Assembly (NCBI GenBank): GCA_050613775.1
Contig: JBODTK010000107.1
Span: 496,001-560,000, forward strand
Length of the DNA stretch: 64,000 bases
Source of the DNA: Neocallimastix sp. 'constans'
Taxonomy: Eukaryota
Direction: 5' to 3'
In this document: positions 35,740 through 49,710 of the stretch, piece after piece
Layout: each line of letters starts with the position of its first letter
Numbering within the stretch: position 1 is the first letter of the stretch
The notes under the pieces: generated by a model
The model's database searches: none
What the model was told of the DNA's origin: nothing
Seen by the model: the letters and a program-made list of their open reading frames with translations, nothing else
Program-made: the position numbers and the translations under genes

Positions 35740-37397
35740 TATGAAAGTTTACATAATTATCGATGATAAGACATAAAATTAATTATGAAATTGGAAAAAA
35801 TTCAATTCTTTTAGATTTAAAAACTAAACGTATATTTAATGAAGTTTCGCAAGTAATGTGATTTATATGTCCTGAATATAATATAATTAAATCCAAAATT
35901 ACAAGAAATATAAATAAACAACTACTTCCTGATGTAACAAAGTTTGATGAAATTCCTGATGAATCAAAATGTTATAAAACAGTAAGAAATGAATATTTTA
36001 TGATATTCAAGAATCCTAATTTAATAATCTTCCAATTCCTATTCCAAGCAAAATTATTTATGAAATATAAATGAAGATATATTTACAGATAATACTTTTT
36101 ATATTGTACCTAAATTTTGTGATCCCCATACATTATTCGATATATGTTCAATATTATAATAATAATTCTAATTTTTAAATAATTTATTTAAAATATTCTA
36201 AAAATTTCAAAATTTATTTATTATTATTTGTTTCACATCTAATTTTGCAATAAATATCAATTATATATTCAGGATTTACAAAAGGTAAGTTCGAAATAAC
36301 TTTATAATGAATATATATATTATTAAATTTTACTACATTATGACATAATTCATTTTTTTAAACTCTAATGCTTTTTATTGTGCCAAATACAGAATTTAAT
36401 ATTTATGTTAGGAAATATTTTTTCTACTACATTAGATATGCCTTTTTCGAAATAATAATGAAAATCTTTTTGAATAAGTAATTATTGCTATATTTATTAG
36501 TATTTTTTTTAAATAATATCTCATATAATATATATAGCCTATTCTTTATTTTTTAATATCAAAAAAGAAATAGAATAAAAACTATTTAATCATATAATAT
36601 AAGTTCTAATAATGAATACTTGATCTTTAAATAATTTGTTGTCAAAAAAAAAAAAAACCTTCTTTTTATAAGTTAATATATAAAACAATACTTTATCTTA
36701 TAAGAATAAAAAAGTTTTAGGAAGAACTGATAAAATCAATATTTTAATTGAAAAATATAAAACTGTGGAATCCGAATTAATTTATAATAAAGACCCAAAA
36801 ATGGTACTGTTGAATTATAGTTACAATGCTTAATTAATTTAAATAATATAAATACTAATTTGTAATAAATGACAGAGTAATGATCAAATGAAAAAAATTA
36901 TTAAAATTCTGTCGTACAAAGTTATAAGAATATTTCCTATTTATTTATTTAATTTAAAAATATATAAAATTAGAAATTTTATATATTTTTATATTAATAT
37001 AAAGAATATTGTTTTTAAATAACATTTTATTTTTAAAAATAATTAAAGAATATTATTTTATATTTTAAGATATATAAACTTTTTAATTTTTTTTAAATGT
37101 TTTTTATTTTATTTTATTTCATTTTAAATACTTTTTATAGATTTAAATAATATTGTATTTTTTTTTTAAATATATATATATATATATATATGAAAATTTC
37201 TAAAATACTCTATTTTTAAAAAATATATATTCATTTAAAAAAATATAAAAATATTTTTTAAAAAAAAAATATAAAAATATTTTTTAAAAAAAATATATAT
37301 ATATATATATATAAAAATTTGACTTGTTAAAATATTTATTTATTAATTTATTTACTTAATTTTTGAAAAGTCACATTTTCCGAAATGCAACATTTTC
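35740..37397 (+). pseudogene. Decayed Mutator (MULE) transposase with residual right TIR
   Basis: DVTKFDEIPDESKCYKTVRNEYFMIFKNPNLIIFQ...IFTDNTFYIVPK (36079-36114) fits the MULE DGTF motif. TTTTCCGAAATGCAAC at ~37376-37391 matches the MITE TIR core. Confidence 0.65.
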
Positions 37398-37786
37398 TAT
37401 TTATTTATTTATTTATTTATTCATAAACATTAATAGTTTTTATGTGCAACTTTTAATATACTTTTATATTTTAAAAATAATTTCTTATTCATTATAAATT
37501 AAGTAAGGAATAAATATGTATATATATATAAACATATTTTTTTTTTTCTTTTTTTTTTTTAAATTTAAATAAACTATAAAAAGAAAAATATAAATAAATA
37601 TATAGAAAAATTAATAAATTTATATTTAAATAGTAATTGAATATAACTAAAATTAAATATTTAAACAAGCTTAAATAAATAATAATTATTTAAGTCTTAA
37701 TAATAAAATACAACCAATAATATTTTTTCAACTTTTAAGATATATTTTTTTCTTATATAAAAATAGACAATTATTGATATATTTTA

Positions 37787-40700
37787 TTAATCTTTAACAG
37801 ACTCAATACCTCTATTATTAGAATTATATCGTAATTTTTTAGGTGTGGATTTTTTAGAAATGTCTATATCATATGTATCTCGAATTTCTTTTTTAATATC
37901 ATTACATATTTTTTCTGTTATAGAACATTTTAATAAAGCAACATTTCTGTCGTAATTATCCTTTGAATTTGATTTACTTATTTTATTTATATAATCTGAA
38001 TTATTCTTTTTTAATATATTATTTTTATTATATTGATCCTCATTATTACGTTCAATTGTATTATAACCATTATAACTTACTGATTTTGACAAAGGCTTTT
38101 TGGGTTTTTCATTATTTCCTTTAAAACTATCATCATTATTATTGGAATATAATGATATTGTAATTGGTGTATTTTTATGTTTATATGATGACTTTTTCAT
38201 ATTATTATCTATGCTTTTAATATTATCATTATTTAAGGTATTTTCATCTAATGGCTTTGGAGGTACATTTTTGTCTATTAATGATTTTTGACGTGTTAAA
38301 TTTTTTATTTCAACACTCTCATTATTATTATTTTCAACATTACTACTTGTATTTTTTTCAAGATTTAATTTTTCTTGTAATGCATTTATCATTTTGGAGT
38401 AAATAACTGAATTTTCATCTGAAATATTTCCTTTATAATTATTAAAGTAATACTCGTCTAAGCTGTAATCGGTTTTAGTATCATCTGCAAATGAACCTTT
38501 ATCATTTTTAGTAATATTGCGTGAATTCTCTGTATCTTTGTAGCTATCACTACGTTTAGGTATTAGATTATTTTTTTCCATTTCTTCACGAAGTTTTACA
38601 TTATATAATGATTCTAAACTTTTTAGCATTCTATTATATTCATCCTCCATTTTAAAGTGATTATTTTTTGATAATTCTCTTTTTTGAAATGGCATTTTAT
38701 GAATATCATCCTTTTCTTCATTATATGAGGATATATTATCATTATTATTAATCTTATCGTAATTTTTATCATTAGTATTAATTTCCTTTAAATCAAATTT
38801 GTCTAAGATATTATTTTCGTTAATATTTGATAATTTGTTTAAATCTTTTTCAGGATAAAATATCTTTGAATAATACTTAATTAAATTATATGGTTTCTTA
38901 GCTGTTTTTAATTCAATTAATAAGTTATCAAGAGAATCTGAATCAATATTATTACGAAAAATCCCAAATATATAAATTGATCTTAATTCAACTAACTCTT
39001 TCATATATAGTTTCATTAATTGCTGTATATTTTCAGATGTCATATTTCTTAAAGCATTACTTATATATCCCATTACGTTATTATGAATGGCTTCGTTGAT
39101 ATCATAAATATTACTAAGATGATTAATCTTTTCAATTTTCATATTAATTGAATTAATTTTCTCATCTAACGAATCTATTTTCTCATTTTCTATTATTGAT
39201 AATAAAGATTCTTTGGAATTATTAATTTCATCTCTTATACCAAAATTTTTTTGAATTAATAATTCCTTTTTTTCTAATTCTAATTTAACTCTTTTTTCAT
39301 ATAAGACATTTTTAAGATTATAAAGTTCTTTAGTTATTGTATATTGCTCAATTTCTTTATCAATCAATTGTTTTTTCCATTGAACTTGTAATGATAATAA
39401 TTTAGAACTTTTATTATTTTCTATTGTTTTATTTTTATTTTTAATGTTCGTTTTTTTAGTAGATTCAACTTGACTCTTTGAATGATAAAGTAATGGACAA
39501 TTACTGGCTGTACTATTTTTTCTTGAATATAATGATGTTGAAGATTTTGTTCTATAGCCAATTTTCTGAACTTGACTTTTACTTTTATTTATTAGTAACA
39601 TCATTGATTTTAGTTTTTTACTTGAGTTTAATACTTCTTCATTCTTTTTCTTTAAAAGTTCTTTCTAATATTATAATTTTATAATATATTTTTATTTTTT
39701 ATTATATATTATAATTACAATCATTATATACTAAAAATAACATATTATTATTATATTACCTGTATTTGATTATTTTTTTCCAATTTTTCAGCTAATGAAG
39801 AAGCTTCCTTTTCTCTTCTTTTTAATCTCACAATTTCTTGCTCATTTGAAAATTGAATTCTTTTATTTTTTTCAACTTCACTTTTCATCTTCTGAAGTAA
39901 CTTTGTTTTTTCATCTAATATTATTTTGAATATTAAAATAATTAATTTTATAATAGTAAATAATTAATACTATAATTAGTATATGTAAATAAAAATTTTT
40001 TTTTTATTTAATAGGATTTTACTTTTTAAATTTTCAATATTGTTTTTTAAGTTTTTAATTAAGTTCTCATTTTGATTTTTTGACATGGAATATGTTATAT
40101 CTTTATTTTTATATTTTACTTTTAATTGTGATATTTCAGTTTCTAATTTTTTAATTTTTTCTTCAAGTTTCTTTTTTTGATCAATAATTAACTTTTGAAA
40201 ATTAAAAATAAAAATAAAAAATAAATAAAATAAATAAATATTTTTTAACTTATAATAATTTTGTCTTAGTATTCATAAAATATTTATATTAATGAATTAC
40301 TATGAATTACTTTTTCTTTTTTTCCATCATCTTCTGTTTCATTTATTTTTTTTAACGCCATATCTCTTTCATTTTGTGCAGATGTTAACATATTTTGAAG
40401 TAACTTTAATTTTTCTTCATATTTTAACTTCATCAAATTATATTCTTGTTGACTGCTTAATAAACTTTCTAATAATTCTTCCTTTAACTGTATATCATTT
40501 TGAAGTTGATCTACTAAAAGAGTTTCATAAATAACTTTTGATTCATCTTCTTTTAAATCAGATATATCGATATCATCATTTGACAAAGATTTAGAAATAT
40601 TATTATTAATCTAATTTAAATTTAAATATATATTATATTTTAACAATTAAAATTTTATATTTTATTTAGGTATATTTATATTTCGTTACAATTTCATTTA

Positions 40701-41677
40701 AACTTGTGTCAGATTTATCGTAGCTACCACTACTATTCATTGGAATATCATAAAAAATCTGTTATTATTTTATATTTTTTTATAAAAAATTTAATGAATA
40801 TATTCATTAAAAGTAAATTATAAATAATTATATTACTTCTTCACTACTATCTTTCTTATCATCTGAATTATCTCTTTTTAATTTTAAATTTTGGTAATCT
40901 CTTTTCTTTTTTTCCACCATTTCTATTTGCTTTTGAATTTCTTCTCTTGCTTTATCAATCACAGGAGCAATTTTTTTTTGAGAACAACATTCATCTATTC
41001 CCATTATAATATCATGGTACATAGAAAATTTGCTTAAAGATTGATTATTTATTAAATACTGGATACTTAAATCTTTTTCTAAATTCATGCATTTTTCTCT
41101 TAAATTTTCTATTTTCTTAATATATTCAATAATGAATCTATTTTCAATATCTTCTTTTTTTTCTTCTTTTTCAGTTTTATCATTCTCATTATTATTTTCA
41201 TCATTATCACTAAATATTTTAGAACTTCCAATAATTCTATTAATTTTTTCTTTTATATCATCCTTAATGTCATCAGATTCATAATTCCTTAACTTTAAAT
41301 TTAAAATTAGTGAATCTCTTTCTACTTCTGCTTTGACAATTTCATTTTTCAAATCACACATTTGAGACTCATAAAAAATTATTTTTAGATTGAGTTGTTC
41401 AATTTCACATTGCTGATTCAGAACCTTTTCTTTTAATAAATCATTTTGTTTCTTTTTGTCTTTTATCTCTATAATATCATTGTTAATTTGTGTATCTATA
41501 TCAAGATTAAAAAAATTTTCATTTAAATTAAGTGATTTGTCATTATTTATACTATATGAATTATCATTAATATTTGTTTGTTTATTCATATTATAAGATT
41601 TATGGTTATCAAATATCCTGCTATTTTCATTAAATGATTTATCTCTATTAATCATCTTGCTATTTAAGTTATTATTC

Positions 41678-41712
<35 letters not shown>

Positions 41713-43381
41713 TATATCACAACTATTAGTTTTTCTAAAATCTATATTTTCTTCATTATTTTGTTTATACTTCAATTTTACTATTTCACTTTTTAATCGT
41801 TCATTTTCTTCTTTTATTTTTAAAAATTCTTCAAAATTAACCTCTACATTCTTATAATTTCTATTTATAACTGCTTCATTTTTAATCATTCTTGCTCTAC
41901 TTGCATATCTTAATGTATTTAAACTTTCATTATAATCCAACTCACAACAACTAATACATGAAAGCATCAATGTTTTTGAATTACCACCTAAACTATCCTG
42001 TAAAAGACGAGTTAATTTCGAATCTCGATATGGGATATGTCTATCTGGATGAGTTTCATCCGTCAAAGCATTAATTACATTTCCTAATGCAAATAATCCT
42101 TGATTAATTGTAATTCCTTCCTTTACTCTTTCACCTATAGCCCCGGTTCTTTTTAATCGTTCTGAACCTGCTAAATCAACGAAATGAAATTTAGACATTA
42201 GGCAAATCCATTTTTCTTTATTATTATTACTATAATTATTACTATAATTATTACTATTATTATCATTTTCATTATTATTATTATAATCATCATTATCATT
42301 ATCATTATCACTATCATTTTTATTATTATAACAATTATTATTATTATTACTACTATTATTATTATTGTTATTATTATTATTATTATTAATTTCTCCATTA
42401 TCATTTTCTTTATTCTTTTTGAAATTGTTTAAATTTTCTTCGTTCTTTTTATTACTTATGTTTATTTGAATATCATTTTCTTGAAGTATTTCTTGTTTAA
42501 GATTAATCGAAAATATTGCATGTGATCTTGAGGAAGACATATTCATATCTGTTGATCCTGTACTTCTAATAAGCGATCCTTTTTCCAATAAATTTAATAA
42601 ATCTTCTGGAGATTCAACATCAATTTCTGTAACGCCATACCAATTAATAATCCCATTTGCATCTTCTCTTATTTGTAGTGAAGTTGTGTTTGCATTCATA
42701 TTTACCGATGTTGGATTAATATTAGTATTTGACAATTGTTTAATTTTTGGATTTAATAAATCATTTAGATCTTCATTATACAATTCTAAATATGTTACCG
42801 AAAGCTTATATTTGTACTCTAATGAATTTTTACTTTTTAAAATTGAAAATAATTCATATATTGCTCGAGGTATTATTCCTATATTATCAATAATAATCAT
42901 TTATATATATAATTAAAAAAAATAATTTAAAATAATGAAAAAAAAGAATATATATATATACCTTGATTTTCGGAATTTATTTCATTTTCAAGACCTGTAC
43001 CCATACTATATGTTTTTCCTGATCCAGTCTATTATATTATTATGATGAAATAATTAAAGTTTAATAATAGCAAATATTTTATTATAACTATATTAATAAT
43101 ATTGATTATAATTGGGTTTTCATTACTTGACCATACGCTAATATTGTTGCGTTAAAACCATCAATAAAATTCATTAATAATGGTCTTACACAAGATGTAT
43201 ATACTTCTTTTTGTGTTGCATTATCATCAAATATATAATCAAAAGAAAATTTTCGGTCCGGATGAAGAATTAATTGTGGAATATTATTATTATTACTAAT
43301 TGAAACACATTTGTGATTACCATTAAGACGTTCTTTTGCTGATAATGGTCGAATTCGTAATGCTACCTTTACAGAGGACAT
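37787..43381 (-). CDS. Kinesin-4 family motor (KIF4/KIF21/KIF27-like), multi-exon
   Basis: Exon 1 43381-43127 (VKVALRIRPL...ATILAYGQ), exon 2 43028-42962 (TGSGKTYSMG P-loop), exon 3 from 42878 (GIIPR, YLELYNE, SSRSHAIF, FHFVDLAGSER, HIPYRDSKLTRLLQDSLGGN). Further coiled-coil exons run to the stop at 37787. Confidence 0.92.
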
Positions 43382-44334
43382 TTTTTAAAATTATTTTATA
43401 TTTTTATATTTAAAAATTATTGATAGTCAATGCATTAAAATATTTATTATAAAAAAGGTATAAATTTATTAAAATAATAATAAAATTTAGAAAATATGTA
43501 TTATTTTCATTTTCTAATAATATTTTTTAATATAATGATATTATTTCTTAGAATAATTTTAAAATAAATTTTTAATAAAATAAAAAATATATATAAAATA
43601 AACTTGTAATTTTAAAAATTATAAATTTTAAATATTTAAGAATTTGATAACTTTACATAAGTAAAAAATTACAAATTTTAGAAATACATAATAAAAAATA
43701 ATCATATTTTATATTTTAAGATATTTGTTATGTAATTCTAATTCTAATCCTATTTACAAGATTTATTTATCTTTATATAATATGTAATTTAATATATTTA
43801 TATATACTTTTGTAATCAAATTATTTTTTATTTCTTAATATATTCTATTATTTATTTATTTTTTAAAAATAATCTTTTTTATTGTAATTAGTAAAATATA
43901 TATAAAAAAAAATAAAATAAAATAAAATAAAATTAAAATTAAAAAAAAATATAAATAAATAAAATTGAAAAGAAAAAAAAAAGAATAAAAATAAAAATAC
44001 ATTTAAATAGAAGAAAAAAGGAAAGCAAAATAAGTATAAAAAAAATTAAATATAAGATTAATAATAATAATAGAACGAAATAATTGTTTTATTAATGTAA
44101 GGAAAGAACAATGTTAATTTTATATATATATATATTTGATGTAAATCAATATTTTTTTTTATAATAATTTATAACATTTTATTTTTATTATTATTATTGA
44201 TTTATTTTTGATATAAAACATTTGAATTTATATAAAAAAATGAAATAATAAATAAAAAAGTGAAGTAATATATTAATAAACGTAAATAAAGTTTTAATTA
44301 AAATTATAAAACAGTATATATTGTATTCCTAAAA

Positions 44335-45611
44335 ATGTCAGATTCAGGTTTTAGAGGTTTTACAAATGCTTCTGTAACAAAGTTATCTATGGTAGCCTTT
44401 TCGGCTCATACTTTTCTTTCATCTATTATGGATACAAGACATATGCATCATCTACAATATGAAAATTTAAAAAGACATCAATATCATAAAATAATTACAA
44501 AAAATTCTGGTATATATTATTATTATTTTTTTTAATTATTAAATGTTAAATTATTTATTTTTACATCTTTCAATTATATTAATCTTATTATTATTACTTA
44601 AAATCAGTGTTTTCAAATTCCGGTTCACTAATATTTAGTTTATTACTTTTATATCAATTTCGTATTCTTGAAAGACAAAGAGGTTCTTCAAAGTACATAT
44701 GTAATTATCAATGAAAATTTCTGAAAATAAATAATTATAATACTATACAGTAATTATAGTAATAATAATTTAAAAAATAAAGAACAAAAGCAATATTGAA
44801 AATTAATTATTTAATAAATATATTTCTTTTTTAGGTTATATAATTACAGTAGAAATCTTAACTTCAACATTAGAAACTCTTTATATAATTGTTATGAATA
44901 CTCTAAATATTAAAGCAATTATTCCTTCTGGACCATATGCAATTTTAGCATCAACATTATATTTATATTATAAGACAGTTCCAGAATCATTTACAATGAA
45001 AATATTAGGAATAAACTTTTCTGATAAAATTTTTTCATATTTATTAGCATTCCAAGTAATTATTAACTTCTTTTTAACTTACATATTATAAAAATAATTT
45101 TTTTTAAAAAATTTATATTTTAAACTAATATTCTGAAATAAATAATATTAGTTATATTTCTCTGAATCAATAAGTACTTTACCATCCTTGATAATTGGTC
45201 TTATATCAGGCATATTATATAATTCGAATATATTAGGAATGAAAAATTGGCGTTTTCCAAAATTTATTCAAAATATCTTTAAAAAATATGTTGCACCAAT
45301 TGTTGGCATTAAAAAAACACGTTCATTATCTATTCCAACACAAAATATAAATAATACACACCGTTCTCAAATAATTACACCAAATGAAGAATATATTAAA
45401 TTATTAAAAGATATGGGATTCACAAATGAAGATCGTATTAAACAAGCTCTTATTCAAACAAATAATGATCCAACAAGGTAATTTTATATTATAATATTCG
45501 ATAACTACAACATATATTTGAAATTCCTTTATTAAATAAAAAAACACTAAATTAATTTATTTAAAATGTTTTTACATATATAGAGCCACTGAAATTCTTA
45601 TCAACTCCTAA
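44335..45611 (+). CDS. Dsc2/UBAC2-like rhomboid pseudoprotease with C-terminal UBA domain, ~5 exons
   Basis: GFTNASVTK start; LLYQFRILERQRGSSKY; PSGPYAIL...VP; FSDKIFSYLLAFQ; UBA motif LKDMGF...IKQALIQTNNDPTRATEILINS*. GT-AG introns visible. Confidence 0.8.
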
Positions 45612-46807
45612 TGTTAAATTAACAAATATGGCATTTTGTATTATTGAATATACTGCACTTCGAATGCTAATAAATAATAATATATCAATTATTAAAAATT
45701 TAAAAATTAAAATAGTATTCAAGTTAACTGTATAAATCAATAATTTTTATGTAAAAGTTAATATATCAAAATGAAATGAAATGAATAGATCAAATTTAAA
45801 TATGAAATACAAAATAAAAAGTATAAATAGTGAAGCATTATAAAAGAGTAAATAAAAATATAATAAAATAAAGTGAACTGTTAAGTACTATAAAAAAATA
45901 AAGTATTAATAAAAATAAAATAAAAAAACTATGAAATGAATGAATTTGAAATAAATGATTATTATTTATTATTTTTATTGTTTGTAAAATTAATGTTCAT
46001 TTTGAATATTTTTTAACAATTAGAAAATTTGAAGAATAAACTTCTATACAAATTCATCAATTTTAATTATTAAATATTTTAAATCTCATAATATTAAAAA
46101 TAAAGATCAAAATATTCAATATCCTGAAGGTAATTTCTTTATAATAAATTATATAAATTCACATATTGAATTTTTGATAAATTTTAATTTAAAATAAAAG
46201 CTTAATTATTAATATATAACATATATATAGTAATTAAACTTTTGATTTATTTTGACTAAATCAATAAAAAGAATGATATGAAATAATTAGTTCAAACTCT
46301 AACGATTTAGTTTAGGATTCGGAAGACTATATCAATTTTTATAATTCAATATTAAATGTATTACTAATAATAATATCAAACATATATTTACAATGATTAA
46401 TAATGTATAATACATTAGCTCATTAAATTTTTAAAGATTACACTTTAATAATGTATTATTTAATATAAATAAAAATATTAAAAAGTCTCACTATCAGTAT
46501 ATCTAACATTCAAATTCCAATTAAATTAAAACTTCAATTTCAAAATGATAAACTAATAATTTTAATCGTTATAAAATGATATATCAAAAAACTTTTAATA
46601 TATATTCGAATTTAATATTATAATACATTTTTCTAATTGATATTAATTATTAATACACCTGTATATAAATTAATTTTCAACCATAAAATTTCAATATTAA
46701 AAAAAAAACTTCACACAATAATTTCTCTCAATTTTGAATCAATATATATTATTAATTTTCCAATATTACTTTATTGTAAATTTATCTAAGGGCAATTTTT
46801 TATTAAT

Positions 46808-47542
46808 CTAATTTTGCTTCTTAAGCTTAGCAAATTCACGGTTAATAACATTGCGACGCTATTTTTTAAAAAACATATAAAATATTTTTAAATTATTATT
46901 TATATTTTCATTTCTATCTATTTTATTTAATATATTCACTTACTTGCTTCTTAGCAATCATAAGCTTGAAACGATCGAAATCGCTAAGGGTAGCTCTAGT
47001 GTTTCTAGCAGCAATCTTCTTGGCGAAGGAAGTGTTGTTGAAAGCTTCAACAATCTTTTGGTCAGCAAGACGCTTAGCAACAACTGGAGAACGAGCACCA
47101 CGTGGAAGGTTGGCAACCTTAACACCAGTAATGTTAAGACGCTTGAAAGACATAGCTTGACGTGGAACATTGGTGGTTGGACCATCAATTAAAGCCTATT
47201 ATAATTATTTGATTTGATTTTATATTAATATTATATTAATCTTTCATATTCAATAATTCATCCATCAACATATATAATATTTACTCTGGCATGATCAATA
47301 ATGTCAACAATAACGGCTAATTTACCGGCATCTGGACCATAAGTGATCATAACAACACGTCCAACTTCGACAATCTTCTTGAACTATTTTAATATTTATT
47401 ATTAATATTAAAATATTCAATGAACATTTATATAAAAATTACCATGCATTTAAATTAAAAAAAATATTAATCATTTATAAACTAAATATAACACATTACT
47501 ATTAACTTCATTAAATTTTTTATCTTAATATACCTCAACCAT
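46808..47542 (-). CDS. RPL14: 60S ribosomal protein L14 (eL14); exons 47542-47534, 47383-47285, 47195-46944, 46858-46808
   Basis: [42 protein letters not shown]...[10 protein letters not shown]. In-frame GT-AG junctions and strongly biased codons. Confidence 0.96.
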
Positions 47543-47817
47543 GTTTATTATCTTAACTTTGTTTTACAAATTTACAAAATTACCCTCTTTATAAAAAATT
47601 GAGGAAGATCTGAAAGAGATAGAATTATATGGATCTTGAAACTTCCTTCACTATATTCAAATGATTCTTTGATTAGCCAATCATATTTAATTTATATTAT
47701 TTAAAAAGGTTAAATAAAATGTGATTGGCGATTATAATATGATTTAACATTAAATAAAAGATTTGAAACTTTAAAATAATTTTGGAACTCTCTCTTTCAT
47801 ATATTTATTAATAAAAA
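47543..47817. promoter_or_regulatory. Bidirectional promoter between RPL14 and RPL5
   Basis: 275 bp between divergent ATGs; CCAAT at 47677-47681 and ATTGG at 47724-47728. Confidence 0.7.
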
Positions 47818-48895
47818 ATGGTAAAAAAATTTGAATATTTAAATATATGTATTTTTTATATTGTAGTATGATATGATTATTAATCCGTTGAATAATTGGA
47901 TAATTAAATAGGTTTTCGTCAAGACTGTCAAGAACAAGGCTTATTTCAAGCGTTACCAAGTTAAATACAGAAGAAGACGTGGTATGTTTAAATTTTTTTT
48001 ACTTTATAATATATTCATATAGATTGTACATTGAAGAGTAATTAATAAATAATAATTTAAATTTTATTTAGAGGGTAAAACTGATTATTATGCCCGTAAG
48101 AGATTAGTTACTCAAGCTAAGAACAAGTACAACTCACCAAAGTACAGACTTGTTGTTCGTTTCACCAATACCGATATTATTGCTCAATTTGTTTACTCTA
48201 AGATTGAAGGCGATTACATTCTCTCTGCTGCCTACGCCCATGAATTACCAAACTATGGTATTAAGGTTGGTTTAACTAACTGGGCTGCTGCTTACGCTAC
48301 TGGTCTCCTTGCCGCTCGTCGTGTTCTTAAGAAGCTTGGTCTTGACACTAAATATGAAGGTGTTACTGAAGCTAATGGTGAACACTATGAAGTTGAAGAA
48401 AACGAAGAAGGTCCACGTCCATTCAAGGCTTTCCTTGATGTTGGTCTTAGACGTACTACTACTGGTAGCAAGGTATTTGCTGTTATGAAGGGTGCTGCTG
48501 ATGGTGGTGTTCTTGTTCCACATAGTGAAACTAGATTCCCAGGTTATGATTCCGAAGAAAAGAGTCTTGATGCTGAAGTTCTTAGAGACTATATATTCGG
48601 TCAACATGTTGCTGAATACATGCGTACTCTCGAAGAAGAAGATGAAGAAAAGTACAAGAAACAATTCTCCAGATTTATTGCTGCTGGAGTGTCTGCTGAT
48701 GATCTTGAAGGCATGTATGCTGAAGCTCACAAGAAGATTCGTGCTAACCCAGAATTCGTCAAGAAGGAACGTACCCCACTTACTGACGAACAAAAGGCTC
48801 AACTCAAGAAGTTCAAGAGTCAAAAGCGCAACCTTAAGCAAAGAAAGGATCGTATCAGACAAAAGATTGCTGCTTTCGAAAGAAAATTCGAATAA
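47818..48895 (+). CDS. RPL5: 60S ribosomal protein L5 (uL18); exons 47818-47820, 47912-47981, 48072-48895
   Basis: [57 protein letters not shown]...KGAADGG...[11 protein letters not shown]. Confidence 0.97.
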
Positions 48896-49309
48896 ATATT
48901 TATATAATGTAAAATCATTTATAGTAAATGCAATTATAATAAAGTCTGCATTATTGATAAATATAGTATTTATCAAATTAAAATTAAAATGTATTTAAAG
49001 TAATTTATTTATTTATATTTAAATAGAAAATTTACCATCCATATAAAATTTATTGTGTGATGAATTTAAATAACTATGTGTGTAATAGATTTTATAATTA
49101 TTAATGGTTGTTTGTGTGAAGTAAATAATTTATATTAGATGGAAATAAAAGTTAGGGATTATACATAGTTTTTATTTTACTATAAATTATGGTTTTAATT
49201 ATTTTTAATATTAAAGTTAAGATTTATATTGATCATTTTCTTAAATTTTGTACGACATATCTAATTTTTTTATTTTTTTTTTTTTTTTAAAGTATTCATC
49301 CAAAATATA

Positions 49310-49340
<31 letters not shown>

Positions 49341-49533
49341 TTAATTTTTTTTTTCTTTTTTTTTTTTTATTTTTTTATTTTTAATCTTATTTTTATGATA
49401 TAAATATAATTATCATTTAAAAACATATTAATAAAATAAGTAGAAATAAAAAATATATAATATATAATATAATATAGTAATATCAATTAAAATATAAATC
49501 AAATAAAATAGAAAAAAAAAAAAAAAAAAAAAA

Positions 49534-49679
49534 ATGTCCGCACATCCTTTTAATGAAGAAGATAGACAAAAAGAAAAAAAAGAGTCATTAGAACAAGTAA
49601 TGCATGTTCCTCAAAGAGCAGAAACCTGGAAACTTACGATACAAACTGCTAATTTGGTAAATAATAATAATAATAATAG

Positions 49680-49710
<31 letters not shown>

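Noticed and set aside
48272..48976. 234-aa antisense ORF over RPL5 and similar shadow ORFs over RPL14, pol and kinesin
   Set aside because: By-products of codon bias on the real coding strand.
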